A stretch of DNA of 32,000 nucleotides from Idiomarina loihiensis L2TR (GCF_000008465.1 NC_006512.1:1650001-1682000), one strand, 5' to 3'. Positions 10,769-19,916 are shown, counted from the first letter of the stretch. A program made the numbers and translations. The notes: generated by a model from the sequence alone, not told the origin.

Positions 10769-12448
10769 ATGACTCATAAATATCCCCGAGCCGATCAGTT
10801 TATGGCCAGCACTCATCAGGTTGAGAATCAGCCGACGGCGCTGGAAAACTATAATCTTTACCTGGCTGATAAAGCACTACGAAAAGCCGTTGAGCGCGAA
10901 GGTGCCAGCTGGGCTTATTCCGATCTTATCGCTTTTGGCGAACTGGCGGGTAAAGCAGACAGTATCGAACAGGGTTTTCAGGCAAATAAATACCAGCCTG
11001 AACTGAGAACTCACGATCGCTACGGGCACCGTATCGATCTCATTGATTTTCACCCGACCTATCACCAGCTTATGTCGACAGCCATCGAGCATGGCTTACA
11101 CGCGAGTCCCTGGAGCGAACCTAAATTAGGGGCTCATGTTGCACGTGCCGCTAAATATTATCTACACACTCAGGTTGAAGCCTCTCATGGCTGCCCTATT
11201 ACCATGACCTTTGCCTCTATACCCGCACTAAGACACCAACCCGATTTGTTCAAAGAGTGGGGACCAAAAATTACCGCCAGGCAATACGACCCCAGGAATA
11301 TCCCCCATACCGAAAAAAGTGCCGTGACCATTGGTATGGCGATGACCGAAAAACAAGGTGGCTCTGATGTCCGGCTGAACAGCACTCGCGCTTACCCAAT
11401 AGGCAAAGAAGGTTCAGGCCAGGCTTACGAACTGGTTGGTCACAAATGGTTTGTGTCAGCACCAATGTGCGATGCTTTTCTGGTGCTTGCTCAAACAGCC
11501 AGCGGGTTATCCTGCTTTCTGGTGCCGCGCTGGCGTCCGGACGGTTCAAAGAACCCAATTCAGATTCAACAGCTGAAACAAAAAATGGGGAACGCGGCCA
11601 ATGCCTCCAGTGAAACTGAGTTGCGAGGTGCACTGGGCTGGATGGTAGGTGAAGAAGGTAAAGGAGTTCGCACTATTATAGAAATGGTGGCAACTACCCG
11701 CTACGACTGCATGATTGGTTCCTCTTCCGGCATGCGGCAAGCCGTGGTTCAGGCCATTCACCACGCCAGCCACCGCGAAGCTTTTGGCACTAAATTAAGT
11801 GAACAACCGCTAATGCAAAATTTGCTGGCGGACTTAGCCATTGAAAGCGAAGCCGCCATGACTTACATGATGCGCATAGCACGGGCAATGGATAACCAGG
11901 ACGACGAGCATGAAAAGCTGTTGTCCCGAATTGCCACTCCCATAGGCAAATACTGGATTTGTAAACGCACACCGAATCATGCTTATGAAGCTATGGAAGT
12001 GATTGGCGGTAGCGGTGTTATGGAAAACCACATTATGCCGAGATTGTTCAGGGAGTCGCCGGTCAACGCCATATGGGAAGGCAGCGGTAATATTCAATGT
12101 CTGGATGTTCTTAGAGCAATAGAAAAACAACCAGAGGTTCTCGATGTCTATTTTGCCGAACTGCAACGGGCACAAGGTGCAGATAAACGACTCGACCAGT
12201 TTATTATGCGGTTGAAAAGTGAGTTTACTGACAGGAATATGCTTCAGTATCGTGCACGCAGTATAACGGACAGTATGGCCGTTGGGTTACAAGCCGCTTT
12301 ATTAGTTCAACACGCCGGTACGGACGTTGCCGATGCCTTTTGTGCCAGCCGTTTAGCAGCAAGTACCGGACTCAACTATGGCACATTACCCACAGGGCTT
12401 AATTGTGCTGCGATTGTCGAAAGGGCCTCGCCAGCAAACGCACAATAA
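10769..12448 (+). CDS. aidB: AidB-like acyl-CoA dehydrogenase family protein
   Basis: 559 aa from the ATG at 10769, preceded by an AAGGAG RBS. The track ORF begins at an upstream TTG. The sequence is acyl-CoA dehydrogenase-like (TEKQGGSDV, GHKWF.SAP, IWEGSGN) with the AidB-type length and C-terminal extension. Confidence 0.8.
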   Translation: MTHKYPRADQFMASTHQVENQPTALENYNLYLADKALRKAVEREGASWAYSDLIAFGELAGKADSIEQGFQANKYQPELRTHDRYGHRIDLIDFHPTYHQLMSTAIEHGLHASPWSEPKLGAHVARAAKYYLHTQVEASHGCPITMTFASIPALRHQPDLFKEWGPKITARQYDPRNIPHTEKSAVTIGMAMTEKQGGSDVRLNSTRAYPIGKEGSGQAYELVGHKWFVSAPMCDAFLVLAQTASGLSCFLVPRWRPDGSKNPIQIQQLKQKMGNAANASSETELRGALGWMVGEEGKGVRTIIEMVATTRYDCMIGSSSGMRQAVVQAIHHASHREAFGTKLSEQPLMQNLLADLAIESEAAMTYMMRIARAMDNQDDEHEKLLSRIATPIGKYWICKRTPNHAYEAMEVIGGSGVMENHIMPRLFRESPVNAIWEGSGNIQCLDVLRAIEKQPEVLDVYFAELQRAQGADKRLDQFIMRLKSEFTDRNMLQYRARSITDSMAVGLQAALLVQHAGTDVADAFCASRLAASTGLNYGTLPTGLNCAAIVERASPANAQ

Positions 12449-12905
12449 GTTCGCCAAGTACAGCCAGCAACAAGCCTGAAACTAAACCAAATAAAATAGC
12501 GCCGGGGCTGAGTTTTACAGTATAAGAAAAGCTGCTGCGAACCTCGCGCTGAATGTCCTCAACGGGGGTAAAAAATGCCTGTTGATAAGCACTCCAGGAA
12601 TTTTGACTGAAGCTACGAAAGGCTTGTTCTAACAGTTGATTACGTTGGTAAATGGCACTGATGCTTTGCCCGCCTTCCTGAAACACTCTGTCGTCACTGG
12701 CCTGATAGTGAGCAATAAGTTCCTCAATACTACCGTCGAAAAATTTTTCGGCTTCATCACGAAACTCGTTCAGGCTGCGCTCTGACTCAATCATATGAGC
12801 CTGCAAACTTTTACCGTACTGATCAACAAAGCCGGGCAACTGTATTCCGGCGAGTACACCCGAAATCAGCAGAATAATTCGTAGATAGGAAGTGAAGATT
12901 GCCAT
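12399..12905 (-). CDS. DUF2937 family membrane protein
   Basis: 168 aa. The N-terminus (YLR..LL..GVL.GIQ.PGFVDQY.K...AH..E) is characteristic of DUF2937. There is a strong AAGGAGAG RBS. The 3' end overlaps the aidB-like 3' end by 50 nt. Confidence 0.65.
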   Translation of the reverse strand: MAIFTSYLRIILLISGVLAGIQLPGFVDQYGKSLQAHMIESERSLNEFRDEAEKFFDGSIEELIAHYQASDDRVFQEGGQSISAIYQRNQLLEQAFRSFSQNSWSAYQQAFFTPVEDIQREVRSSFSYTVKLSPGAILFGLVSGLLLAVLGELIVRLLARPFRQSQHN

Positions 12906-12982
12906 GGTCTCTCCTTAAAAGCCCTGAACCACTTTAGAGCAGACCTTAAGCGACAATCAAACTTAATTACGCTTCATTACAC

Positions 12983-13885
12983 TTAACTTGTCAGCACGAC
13001 CGCGTTTTTGCCTTCGCTCTTTGCCTGATACATGGCTTTGTCTGCCCGGGCCATAATGCCTTCAATGGTGTAATGCTCTGAAGGCTTATCGCATTGACAA
13101 AGGCCGATAGACAAGGTGACAGGTAACTCGGCATGCCCTATTCCACTCACTAACTGGCAACGTAAACGGTGCATCATAAGTCTGGCGTCTTCAGCGGAAA
13201 TCATAGGGTGAATGGTAGCAAACTCGTCACCTCCAATACGGGCAACATAATCGGTATGTCGACTGTGCAAACGAATTAAATCGGCTATCTTTTGCAAAAC
13301 CAGGTCGCCGAAGTGATGTCCATGTTCATCGTTTATTTCTTTAAAGTCATCCAAATCGATAAAACTCACAGCAAAGGGCGTACCATGGGCTTCCAGTTGG
13401 TTTATTTCATCTTGTAACTGTGCGGTAAAGGCACGTCGGTTCATTATTCCGGTTAAGTGGTCGGTAAGAGCCTGACGTTTCTCAAATTCCAGTTCGAGAC
13501 GGATTTTATCTTCCGATTTTTTCTGCAGAGTGTAATCCCGCACTATTGCTATGCCGTACAACTGCTCTTCGATATCCAGCTGATTCAGCATAATATCGGC
13601 ATAAAAAGTTGAACCATCCCGACGAATTGCGGGGAAAATCAAGCCATTCCCCATAGAGCGCCTGCCCGGGTACTTAAAAAACTTTTCTAAGTGCTGATCA
13701 TGCTTTTCACGCATACCTTCAGGTAACAGTTCATTAAGATGCAGTTCAAGCATAGATGACGAGGAATAGCGAAACATTGCCGCGGCAGCCTGGTTAACAC
13801 CAACAATGAGTCCCTGAGAATTAATAACTATTGCACCGTCCGGTATCACTTCAAGGAACTCAATAAAGGTTTGTTTTACTTCCAT
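12983..13885 (-). CDS. PAS-domain diguanylate cyclase (GGDEF)
   Basis: It has an intact GGDEF motif (RIGGDEFATI) and an RxxD I-site five residues upstream (RHTD). An N-terminal PAS domain is present. I place the start at the ATG at 13885 (MEVKQTF, with GGAG upstream); the track start at 13942 is TTG. Confidence 0.85.
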   Translation of the reverse strand: MEVKQTFIEFLEVIPDGAIVINSQGLIVGVNQAAAAMFRYSSSSMLELHLNELLPEGMREKHDQHLEKFFKYPGRRSMGNGLIFPAIRRDGSTFYADIMLNQLDIEEQLYGIAIVRDYTLQKKSEDKIRLELEFEKRQALTDHLTGIMNRRAFTAQLQDEINQLEAHGTPFAVSFIDLDDFKEINDEHGHHFGDLVLQKIADLIRLHSRHTDYVARIGGDEFATIHPMISAEDARLMMHRLRCQLVSGIGHAELPVTLSIGLCQCDKPSEHYTIEGIMARADKAMYQAKSEGKNAVVLTS

Positions 13886-13913
13886 CGTTATGTGGCTCCA
13901 CTGTTCTGCCGCA

Positions 13914-14456
13914 TTAAACTTTGCAATAACACCCTTTTGCAACGGTATTAACCCATTTAGGAGCCGCTGATTCCCCCGAAACGGAAGGTATCAGCTCTTC
14001 TACAAAGCTACTATCAGTAGTACAAAAAGCACCATCGGCATATGGGCCAATGTAAATCAGCTTTGATGATTTATTGAACATGATAATCGCTGGAGTTGCA
14101 GGAACGAAGCGCTTTAAGGTTGGATATTGATCGATATCAACAACCCGGTTTTCTCCTTCAGATTCCGCTACCTTTCTTTTTACGCTGGCCATATGCCCGG
14201 ATGAGCGCCAGTTACAAGAACAGTCCCCGGAGGTAATATGAAAAACGCTGCCAGCAAGGGAATAACCAAGGCGAGTGAGCTCAGCCACTAACTGAGGTTC
14301 CAGCTTTTCGTTATTGCTGAGCTCCAGTAATTCACCTTTTTCATCAAACCAGACCAGCCGCTGTTCCAGTAAATAACTGATACCCAGAAGCACCAGCCCA
14401 AACCAGGCCACAACGGCGATAATAAGCCAACGGGAACGAGCCTTACCTGATTTCAT
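13914..14456 (-). CDS. Membrane-anchored thioredoxin-fold-like protein with CxC motif (possibly DUF6436 family)
   Basis: It has one N-terminal TM helix followed by a Trx-like pattern: SGDCSCNW, then a cis-Pro-like VPATPA, and GCYC at the C-terminus. The start is uncertain (ATG at 14456 or TTG at 14465). The family name is recalled from memory and not verified. Confidence 0.55.
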   Translation of the reverse strand: MKSGKARSRWLIIAVVAWFGLVLLGISYLLEQRLVWFDEKGELLELSNNEKLEPQLVAELTRLGYSLAGSVFHITSGDCSCNWRSSGHMASVKRKVAESEGENRVVDIDQYPTLKRFVPATPAIIMFNKSSKLIYIGPYADGAFCTTDSSFVEELIPSVSGESAAPKWVNTVAKGCYCKV

Positions 14457-14581
14457 GAGTGACAATGAAACGCCCTACTGCGAAATGACATTTTGCGGAA
14501 ATGATGCGCCCGCTTTTTCAGCGGATCAAGAAAAACTTCAGCTTCAGGGTACTTTTCTAAATAAAGGTTTAGTCTCGTTTG

Positions 14582-14590
14582 TGATACAAT
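14582..14590 (+). promoter_or_regulatory. Candidate extended -10 promoter element for rhlE
   Basis: TGaTACAAT lies about 54 nt upstream of the rhlE ATG. The -35 region is poor. Confidence 0.3.
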
Positions 14591-14643
14591 GTCGAAAAGC
14601 CGCTCATTAGCGCGGTATCTACTATCATAATTCCCGGAGCTTC

Positions 14644-15894
14644 ATGTCCACAGAACAAAACCCATCCTCATTCCAGTCACTCGGATTGAGCGACGATATT
14701 TTACGAGCCGTTACTGAATGCGGTTACACCACCCCAACACCAATTCAACAGCAAGCCATTCCGACCGTTATGGCCGGCCACGACTTATTAGCCGCCGCGC
14801 AAACGGGTACCGGTAAGACAGCTGGTTTTACGCTACCTTTGCTGCACAAATTGTCGCAGACAAAGACCGACGGAAAGCCTGTTATTAAGGCGTTAATCCT
14901 TACGCCAACCAGAGAGCTGGCAGCACAGGTTGAAGACAATTTGAATACCTATGCAAAATATACCGGTCTCAAGTCTCTGGTGATTTTTGGTGGTGTTGGT
15001 ATTAACCCACAAATTAGTGCCTTGCGTCGTGGTGTTGACATTCTTGTTGCAACACCCGGCCGTTTGCTGGATCACAGTCGTCAGGGAACCGTTGATTTAA
15101 GTAAAATTGACGTACTGATTCTGGACGAAGCTGACCGCATGCTGGATATGGGATTTATTCATGACATTAAAAAGGTCATGAAGCTCATTCCTGAAAAACG
15201 CCAGACACTGCTGTTTTCAGCGACTTTTTCTAGTGAAATTAAAGCACTGTCTCAGCAGTTTATGCAGCAACCCAAGCTGATTGAAGTTGCGCGTCAGAAT
15301 GCCGCAGCTGATACCATTGAGCAACGTGTTTATCCGGTGGATAAAAAACGTAAAAGAGAGCTACTCAGTTACTTAATTGGCAGCCGTAACTGGCGACAAG
15401 TGCTGGTCTTTACGCGTACCAAGCATGGTGCTAACAGACTGGCAACACAGTTAACTGATGATGGCCTCCCCGCTATGGCAATCCACGGTAACAAAAGTCA
15501 GGGCGCAAGAACCAAGGCTTTAGCACAGTTTAAAGCCGGTAAATTACGAGTATTGGTTGCAACGGATATCGCTGCACGCGGTATTGATATTGATGAATTG
15601 CCACACGTTATTAACTTTGAACTGCCTCAGGTCGCTGAAGACTATGTACACCGTATTGGCCGTACAGGCCGTGCAGGAAGTGAAGGTGAAGCCGCGTCTT
15701 TAGTCTGTGTTGATGAGCATAAATTGCTGCGCGATATAGAAAAGCTAACTAAAAATGAGATACCCAGGGAAGTTATTCCGGGTTTTGAACCAGACCCCAG
15801 CATAAAGCCGGAGCCGATTCAGAAGCCTCGTACGGGGCGTCCTCAAAACTCTCGTCGTGCGCCTCGCCAGAAGCGCCCGGACACACGACGTTAA
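14644..15894 (+). CDS. rhlE: ATP-dependent DEAD-box RNA helicase RhlE
   Basis: All helicase motifs are present: Q motif (TPTPIQ), [21 protein letters not shown] and [10 protein letters not shown]. The protein ends in an Arg-rich basic C-terminal tail. Confidence 0.9.
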   Translation: MSTEQNPSSFQSLGLSDDILRAVTECGYTTPTPIQQQAIPTVMAGHDLLAAAQTGTGKTAGFTLPLLHKLSQTKTDGKPVIKALILTPTRELAAQVEDNLNTYAKYTGLKSLVIFGGVGINPQISALRRGVDILVATPGRLLDHSRQGTVDLSKIDVLILDEADRMLDMGFIHDIKKVMKLIPEKRQTLLFSATFSSEIKALSQQFMQQPKLIEVARQNAAADTIEQRVYPVDKKRKRELLSYLIGSRNWRQVLVFTRTKHGANRLATQLTDDGLPAMAIHGNKSQGARTKALAQFKAGKLRVLVATDIAARGIDIDELPHVINFELPQVAEDYVHRIGRTGRAGSEGEAASLVCVDEHKLLRDIEKLTKNEIPREVIPGFEPDPSIKPEPIQKPRTGRPQNSRRAPRQKRPDTRR

Positions 15895-15922
15895 TTCTAC
15901 CGCAGACCAGCAGGACCGGACT

Positions 15923-16834
15923 TTACTTTAAGAAGTCCAGTCCTCCGGTTACCGCAGCAACTTGTGCTTGAATACACTGTTCAGGCGTTGCTTTCGGGCT
16001 GTCGGGATACACTTCTGTAGTCGTCGCATACTCTGCTTTGCTAAAGCTAATGCACAAACCCATTTTCGCCGTTGGCAATAAAATAACGCCACGCTGAGCA
16101 ATATCCTCGCCTATCAGTTTATTTTCGTCGTCGGCATCGGCAATATGAGTGACCTCTTCCACCGAATCTAACACCGCCTTCTGAAACTCAGGATAAGGCT
16201 TTTCTGAATTTCCAACCAAATAGAACCCATCCGGAATATTCCAGTTCGTATTCACTTTTCCATCCATCGCCGCTTTGGCCGGACGAAACTCGCTGTTATC
16301 CGTATCCGTTGTTTCGTGTAAATCTATGTGGGCCAGAATATCTACGCCTAAGCCAGCAACATAATTCATAATGTGCGCGCATTCCCCGGCAGGAGAATCA
16401 GCGACAAAAGAGCGATTAGGATCAATGGCCGCCGGATTCCAACGGTTGATGGTTTCATAGCCCCAGGGACTCAAACATGGCGCTACCACCACATTGAAGT
16501 GTGGCTGGTAATCTTTCGCTTTGGTTTCAATAAAGCGCAACGCACCATGGACACCACTGGTTTCATACCCATGTACTCCGCCGGTAACCAAAACCGTTGG
16601 CTTCGAGTCATCCCAGTTTTTTGTTCTGACCACAAATAAAGGATAAGTACCGCTGTCGTACGCAAGTTCACCATATTGGTCTACATCGAAATCGCTTTTA
16701 AAGGTTTCAATCTTACTGACCACATCATCGAAGTAAGAGCGCTTTTTCGTTTGCTCGGCCAGCCACTGAGCTTTTTCTGTCGCTCCCCATGGGGTGCCCG
16801 GTGTTCCGATATGGTAAATCGTTTGTTGCGTCAT
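15923..16834 (-). CDS. M14-family zinc carboxypeptidase-like protein (DUF2817 / succinylglutamate-desuccinylase-like clade)
   Basis: 303 aa with zinc ligand motifs HxxE (GGVHGYETSG) and DLHET. Confidence 0.7.
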   Translation of the reverse strand: MTQQTIYHIGTPGTPWGATEKAQWLAEQTKKRSYFDDVVSKIETFKSDFDVDQYGELAYDSGTYPLFVVRTKNWDDSKPTVLVTGGVHGYETSGVHGALRFIETKAKDYQPHFNVVVAPCLSPWGYETINRWNPAAIDPNRSFVADSPAGECAHIMNYVAGLGVDILAHIDLHETTDTDNSEFRPAKAAMDGKVNTNWNIPDGFYLVGNSEKPYPEFQKAVLDSVEEVTHIADADDENKLIGEDIAQRGVILLPTAKMGLCISFSKAEYATTTEVYPDSPKATPEQCIQAQVAAVTGGLDFLK

Positions 16835-16910
16835 ATTTTAATCCTATTCACTTAAAACAAGGCTGCTATATTAGCAAAGTCTTTGCCGGCACCAAATGAA
16901 ATACCGGTAG

Positions 16911-17225
16911 CTAAGCCGCTTTGGTCGATTCCTTATCCGCAGGCTTGGACGCTTCCACTTTTTCTGTCGATGCTTTTTCAGTCTTAGGTTTTTTAGGCTT
17001 TTTAGCCCCTAAAGCAATGAGTATATTTTCACGCTCTTTCGCTAAAAACAGAGCCATATCCTCGAGTTGTTGCTCATCAGTGAACAGTTCGCTACTTTTA
17101 ATCAATGGGTTCAGGGCTTCTGCCATATCCAGAATTTTATCGTGCGCATCGGCTTCGGCTTTTGAAGTGAAGGTCATTTTCTCGGCTCCGTCGCGAATAA
17201 CTACATATTGGGTTACTACAGCCAT
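16911..17225 (-). CDS. yebG: DNA damage-inducible protein YebG
   Basis: MAVVTQYVVIRDGAEKMTFTSKAEADAHDKILDMAE closely parallels E. coli YebG (MAVEVKYVVIREGEEKMSFTSKKEADAYDKMLD). I moved the start to the ATG at 17225 because the track's 26-aa N-terminal extension would run through the LexA box. The tail is Lys-rich. Confidence 0.9.
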   Translation of the reverse strand: MAVVTQYVVIRDGAEKMTFTSKAEADAHDKILDMAEALNPLIKSSELFTDEQQLEDMALFLAKERENILIALGAKKPKKPKTEKASTEKVEASKPADKESTKAA

Positions 17226-17253
17226 GGTATGGTCCTTTGCTGATGTGTAAATA

Positions 17254-17273
17254 TACTGTTTATTTGTACAGTA
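17254..17273. promoter_or_regulatory. LexA (SOS) box overlapping the yebG promoter
   Basis: TACTGTTTATTTGTACAGTA is a perfect CTGT-N8-ACAG palindrome 29 nt upstream of the yebG ATG. On the minus strand the promoter reads TTGCAA-17 nt-TACAAA, with the box overlapping the -10. Confidence 0.85.
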
Positions 17274-17360
17274 AAGTGACATAGATTGCAATAGTTGTAG
17301 CATTCGCTAAACTGCGCACTCCGAACAGGCCTTCGTTACGACAGGAAGTAAATCCGCCCT

Positions 17361-18542
17361 ATGCAGTTCTCAAAAATACAAGTTCTACTGGCCATTTTTG
17401 CAATGGCAATTGGAAGCTTTGCCATTGGTATTGGTGAGTTTGTCATTATGGGGCTGCTGCCCGACGTCGCTGCAGACTTTAATACCGACACCCGGGAAAC
17501 AGGCCACTTAATCAGTCTTTATGCGCTTGGTGTGGTTATCGGAGCTCCGCTTATTACCATTTTATTTGCCAGGCTGCCACGCAAACCTATGTTACTTGCA
17601 CTAATGCTGGCATTTTCTCTGGGCAACTTCGCCAGTGCCTCAGCAGACAATTACACATTACTTCAGGTGTTACGTTTCTTAACTGGCCTGCCTCACGGTG
17701 CTTATTTCGGGATTGCCTGTTTGGTTGCGGCCGATATGGTTCGTAAAAATCAACGTGGTATGGCAGTAACTATGGTGATGATGGGACTCACGGTAGCTAT
17801 CCTGGTCGGAAACCCTTTAGCCACCTGGTTAGGGCAGCTTATTGACTGGCGCACCGTATATCATACCGTGGGAGCTCTAGGCTTACTGGCCTTTGTCATG
17901 ATTTTCATTGTGGTACCCAAACACCCGAATGAAAAGAAAACTTCTGCCCGTGGAGAGATGCAGGCATTACAAAACCCTCAAGTCTGGCTGACTTTAGCCA
18001 TAGGGGCCATTGGCTTCGGCGGCATGTTTGCGGTACTGAGCTACATAGCTCCAACACTAATAAACGCCACCGGCTTGGATTCTCACTGGATACCTGTTGC
18101 TTTATTTATCTACGGACTGGGATCCTTGGCGGGTAGTTTGGTCGGCGGCTGGGCTGCCGACAGAAATCTGAAATTAACCATTGGCGGTTCTCTGGTATGG
18201 TCGGCAATTGTGCTGGCAATTTTTCCCTTAACACTGCAGAGTCTCTGGACGGTGATGCCTATGGTGTTATTACTTGGTAGTTCCGCCGCGCTGGTTCCGG
18301 CTCTGCAGGTACGTTTAATGGACGTTGCCGGAGAAGCCCAGACTTTAGCAGCATCGTTAAACCACTCCGCTTTTAATGCGGCTAACGCCTTAGGTGCCTG
18401 GCTGGGTGGTCTTGCTATTATTTCTCCACTTAGTTGGCAGGGAACCGGCTGGGTTGGGTGCGCGCTGTCGCTGGCCGGTCTGCTACTCTTTTGGGTTACT
18501 AAAAAGCACAGTCGCAGAACACCCAACATAGTTAGTCTTTAG
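17361..18542 (+). CDS. MFS transporter (DHA1 / AraJ-YdhP-like)
   Basis: 393 aa with about 12 predicted TM helices and an MFS-type loop motif after TM2 (ARLPRKPML). Confidence 0.8.
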   Translation: MQFSKIQVLLAIFAMAIGSFAIGIGEFVIMGLLPDVAADFNTDTRETGHLISLYALGVVIGAPLITILFARLPRKPMLLALMLAFSLGNFASASADNYTLLQVLRFLTGLPHGAYFGIACLVAADMVRKNQRGMAVTMVMMGLTVAILVGNPLATWLGQLIDWRTVYHTVGALGLLAFVMIFIVVPKHPNEKKTSARGEMQALQNPQVWLTLAIGAIGFGGMFAVLSYIAPTLINATGLDSHWIPVALFIYGLGSLAGSLVGGWAADRNLKLTIGGSLVWSAIVLAIFPLTLQSLWTVMPMVLLLGSSAALVPALQVRLMDVAGEAQTLAASLNHSAFNAANALGAWLGGLAIISPLSWQGTGWVGCALSLAGLLLFWVTKKHSRRTPNIVSL

Positions 18543-19188
18543 GCTCGCCTTCTGCATCTAATTCACTAAGCTCCTCATCGGGTTTCGCATAAGACAAACG
18601 CGCAGCCCGCTGAGTGCGATGATACCCATCAAGGCCTGAAATTGTCATTGTGCCGAGCGATTCTATATCAATGAAACCATCGCTTTTCACCGCCTCTTCT
18701 TTAACTTCAACCCAACGAACTTCCCCAACAATTAATGCAGTGTCGTTATGTTGTATCGGAATAATTTCAACCTGCTGCATACCTATTCTGAGCGAACTTT
18801 CGGCCACATACGGCGCATGAAAACCGTCGACAAATTCGGGCGTCAGGCCACAAGCTTCAAACTCTGATGTTTCTCTGGGATACCGTGCTGAGGTCTGATG
18901 TGCTTGGCGAAAAAAATTTTCGTTAACTTGATTAATCGTATAAACACCACTCTCTTCAATGTTTTCCCAGGTGTGTCGGGTTACTGACTGAGGGCGCATA
19001 ACAAACCCTAACAGAGGTGGGTTACTTCCCAGATGAACAACAGAACTTATCATGGCTAAATTATTTTGCTGATGCCGGTCTCGGGTACCAATGACATTGG
19101 CACTTTTAAACCCGGATAAACAATTCACAAAACGTGCGCGATCGCGGTCATTCATTTTCGCTAAATCTTGCTGTTTGTAGGTTTTCAT
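18532..19188 (-). CDS. Flavin reductase-like FMN-binding domain protein
   Basis: 218 aa. The pattern F...L.GFKSANVIGT...NLA..SSV.H.GS.PPL.GFV.RP matches the flavin reductase-like domain. There is a TGGAG RBS. The 3' end overlaps the MFS 3' end by 11 nt. Confidence 0.75.
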   Translation of the reverse strand: MKTYKQQDLAKMNDRDRARFVNCLSGFKSANVIGTRDRHQQNNLAMISSVVHLGSNPPLLGFVMRPQSVTRHTWENIEESGVYTINQVNENFFRQAHQTSARYPRETSEFEACGLTPEFVDGFHAPYVAESSLRIGMQQVEIIPIQHNDTALIVGEVRWVEVKEEAVKSDGFIDIESLGTMTISGLDGYHRTQRAARLSYAKPDEELSELDAEGEPKD

Positions 19189-19321
19189 TAAAGCTCCAGT
19201 TTATTTTTGTCGGCTATCTATACGTTTTATTTTGCAATTACGATCGTTTACAAATAACTTATTGCGAACTATTATCATTTGCGTTAGCTTGTTTAATCAA
19301 AGCCAGAATAAAGGATGCATA

Positions 19322-19741
19322 ATGACTAACGCCTATCAAGAGTACTTTAACTCTCAGGAAAAGCTAAAAATAGCGAGCTCACTGCTCAACCAAAAAGATT
19401 ATCGCGCTGCAACGACATTTCTCAGTCAGGCACGCGACTCAGCAAAACGGGCCTTCAGTGAACCTGTACTGGTGGGTAATGCCATCCAAAGCTTTACAAC
19501 CTGTTCTATTTTGTTAATTGCTACCCATATTCGCTGCCAGCAAAAGCTACAGGCGTATGAGTTTCAACAAGAGAGTGTTGAGCAACTAACATCATGGCTT
19601 AATCAGGCTAAAACTCAGCCGCTAGAAGAGATATGTCGTTACTGCTATCAACTCCTAATTACCGGTTGTCAGCATTCTCGTTGCCTGGGGCACTGTATGC
19701 AACAATTAGAGGAATCCGGTTATGCGCATGAACAAACCTGA
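19322..19741 (+). CDS. Hypothetical protein, helical, Cys-rich C-terminus (7 Cys)
   Basis: 139 aa from the ATG at 19322, with AAAGGA upstream; the track start at 19232 is TTG. I recognise no family. The C-terminus reads CRYCYQLLITGCQHSRCLGHC. Confidence 0.5.
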   Translation: MTNAYQEYFNSQEKLKIASSLLNQKDYRAATTFLSQARDSAKRAFSEPVLVGNAIQSFTTCSILLIATHIRCQQKLQAYEFQQESVEQLTSWLNQAKTQPLEEICRYCYQLLITGCQHSRCLGHCMQQLEESGYAHEQT

Positions 19742-19916
19742 ACGCCTGCAACTTTCAATGAGTAAAGAGCAACTTAAAAAACTGCTGCTTGAGCAAAAGT
19801 TAGTGGCCAGTGATATTCGTTGCAGTGATTACTGCAGTCAGTGCGAGCTTAAACAGCTGATACTTGAGTGCGCCAGAATAAACTGCTCCGGCTCTTTGCA
19901 GAACTTCGACGGTTAG
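19722..19916 (+). CDS. Hypothetical small Cys-rich protein (CX3CX2C motif)
   Basis: 64 aa. Its start overlaps the upstream ORF by 20 nt (14 nt if the ATG at 19728 is used). It has 5 Cys, including CSDYCSQC. I recognise no family. Confidence 0.4.
   Translation: MRMNKPERLQLSMSKEQLKKLLLEQKLVASDIRCSDYCSQCELKQLILECARINCSGSLQNFDG

Noticed and set aside
10821-12175. Multiple 60-120 aa ORFs in other frames or antisense to the aidB-like gene
   Set aside because: These are shadow ORFs within a gene that has clear acyl-CoA dehydrogenase homology. Their translations are not protein-like.
16921-17303. 109-aa + strand ORF antisense to yebG, and the 26-aa N-terminal extension of the yebG track ORF
   Set aside because: The antisense ORF is a Ser/Ala-rich mirror of the Lys/Glu-rich yebG tail. 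The N-terminal extension would have to be translated through the LexA box and promoter. YebG homology begins exactly at MAVV (ATG at 17225).
18110-18529. 139-aa antisense ORF within the MFS transporter gene
   Set aside because: It is a shadow ORF opposite a GC-richer hydrophobic coding region. It is Pro/Ala/Ser-rich and has no RBS.
19722-19916. Cys-rich 64-aa ORF as a RiPP precursor in a biosynthetic cluster
   Set aside because: No radical-SAM, YcaO, lanthipeptide synthetase, protease or ABC exporter gene is nearby. It is retained only as an unexplained Cys-rich ORF in the findings.
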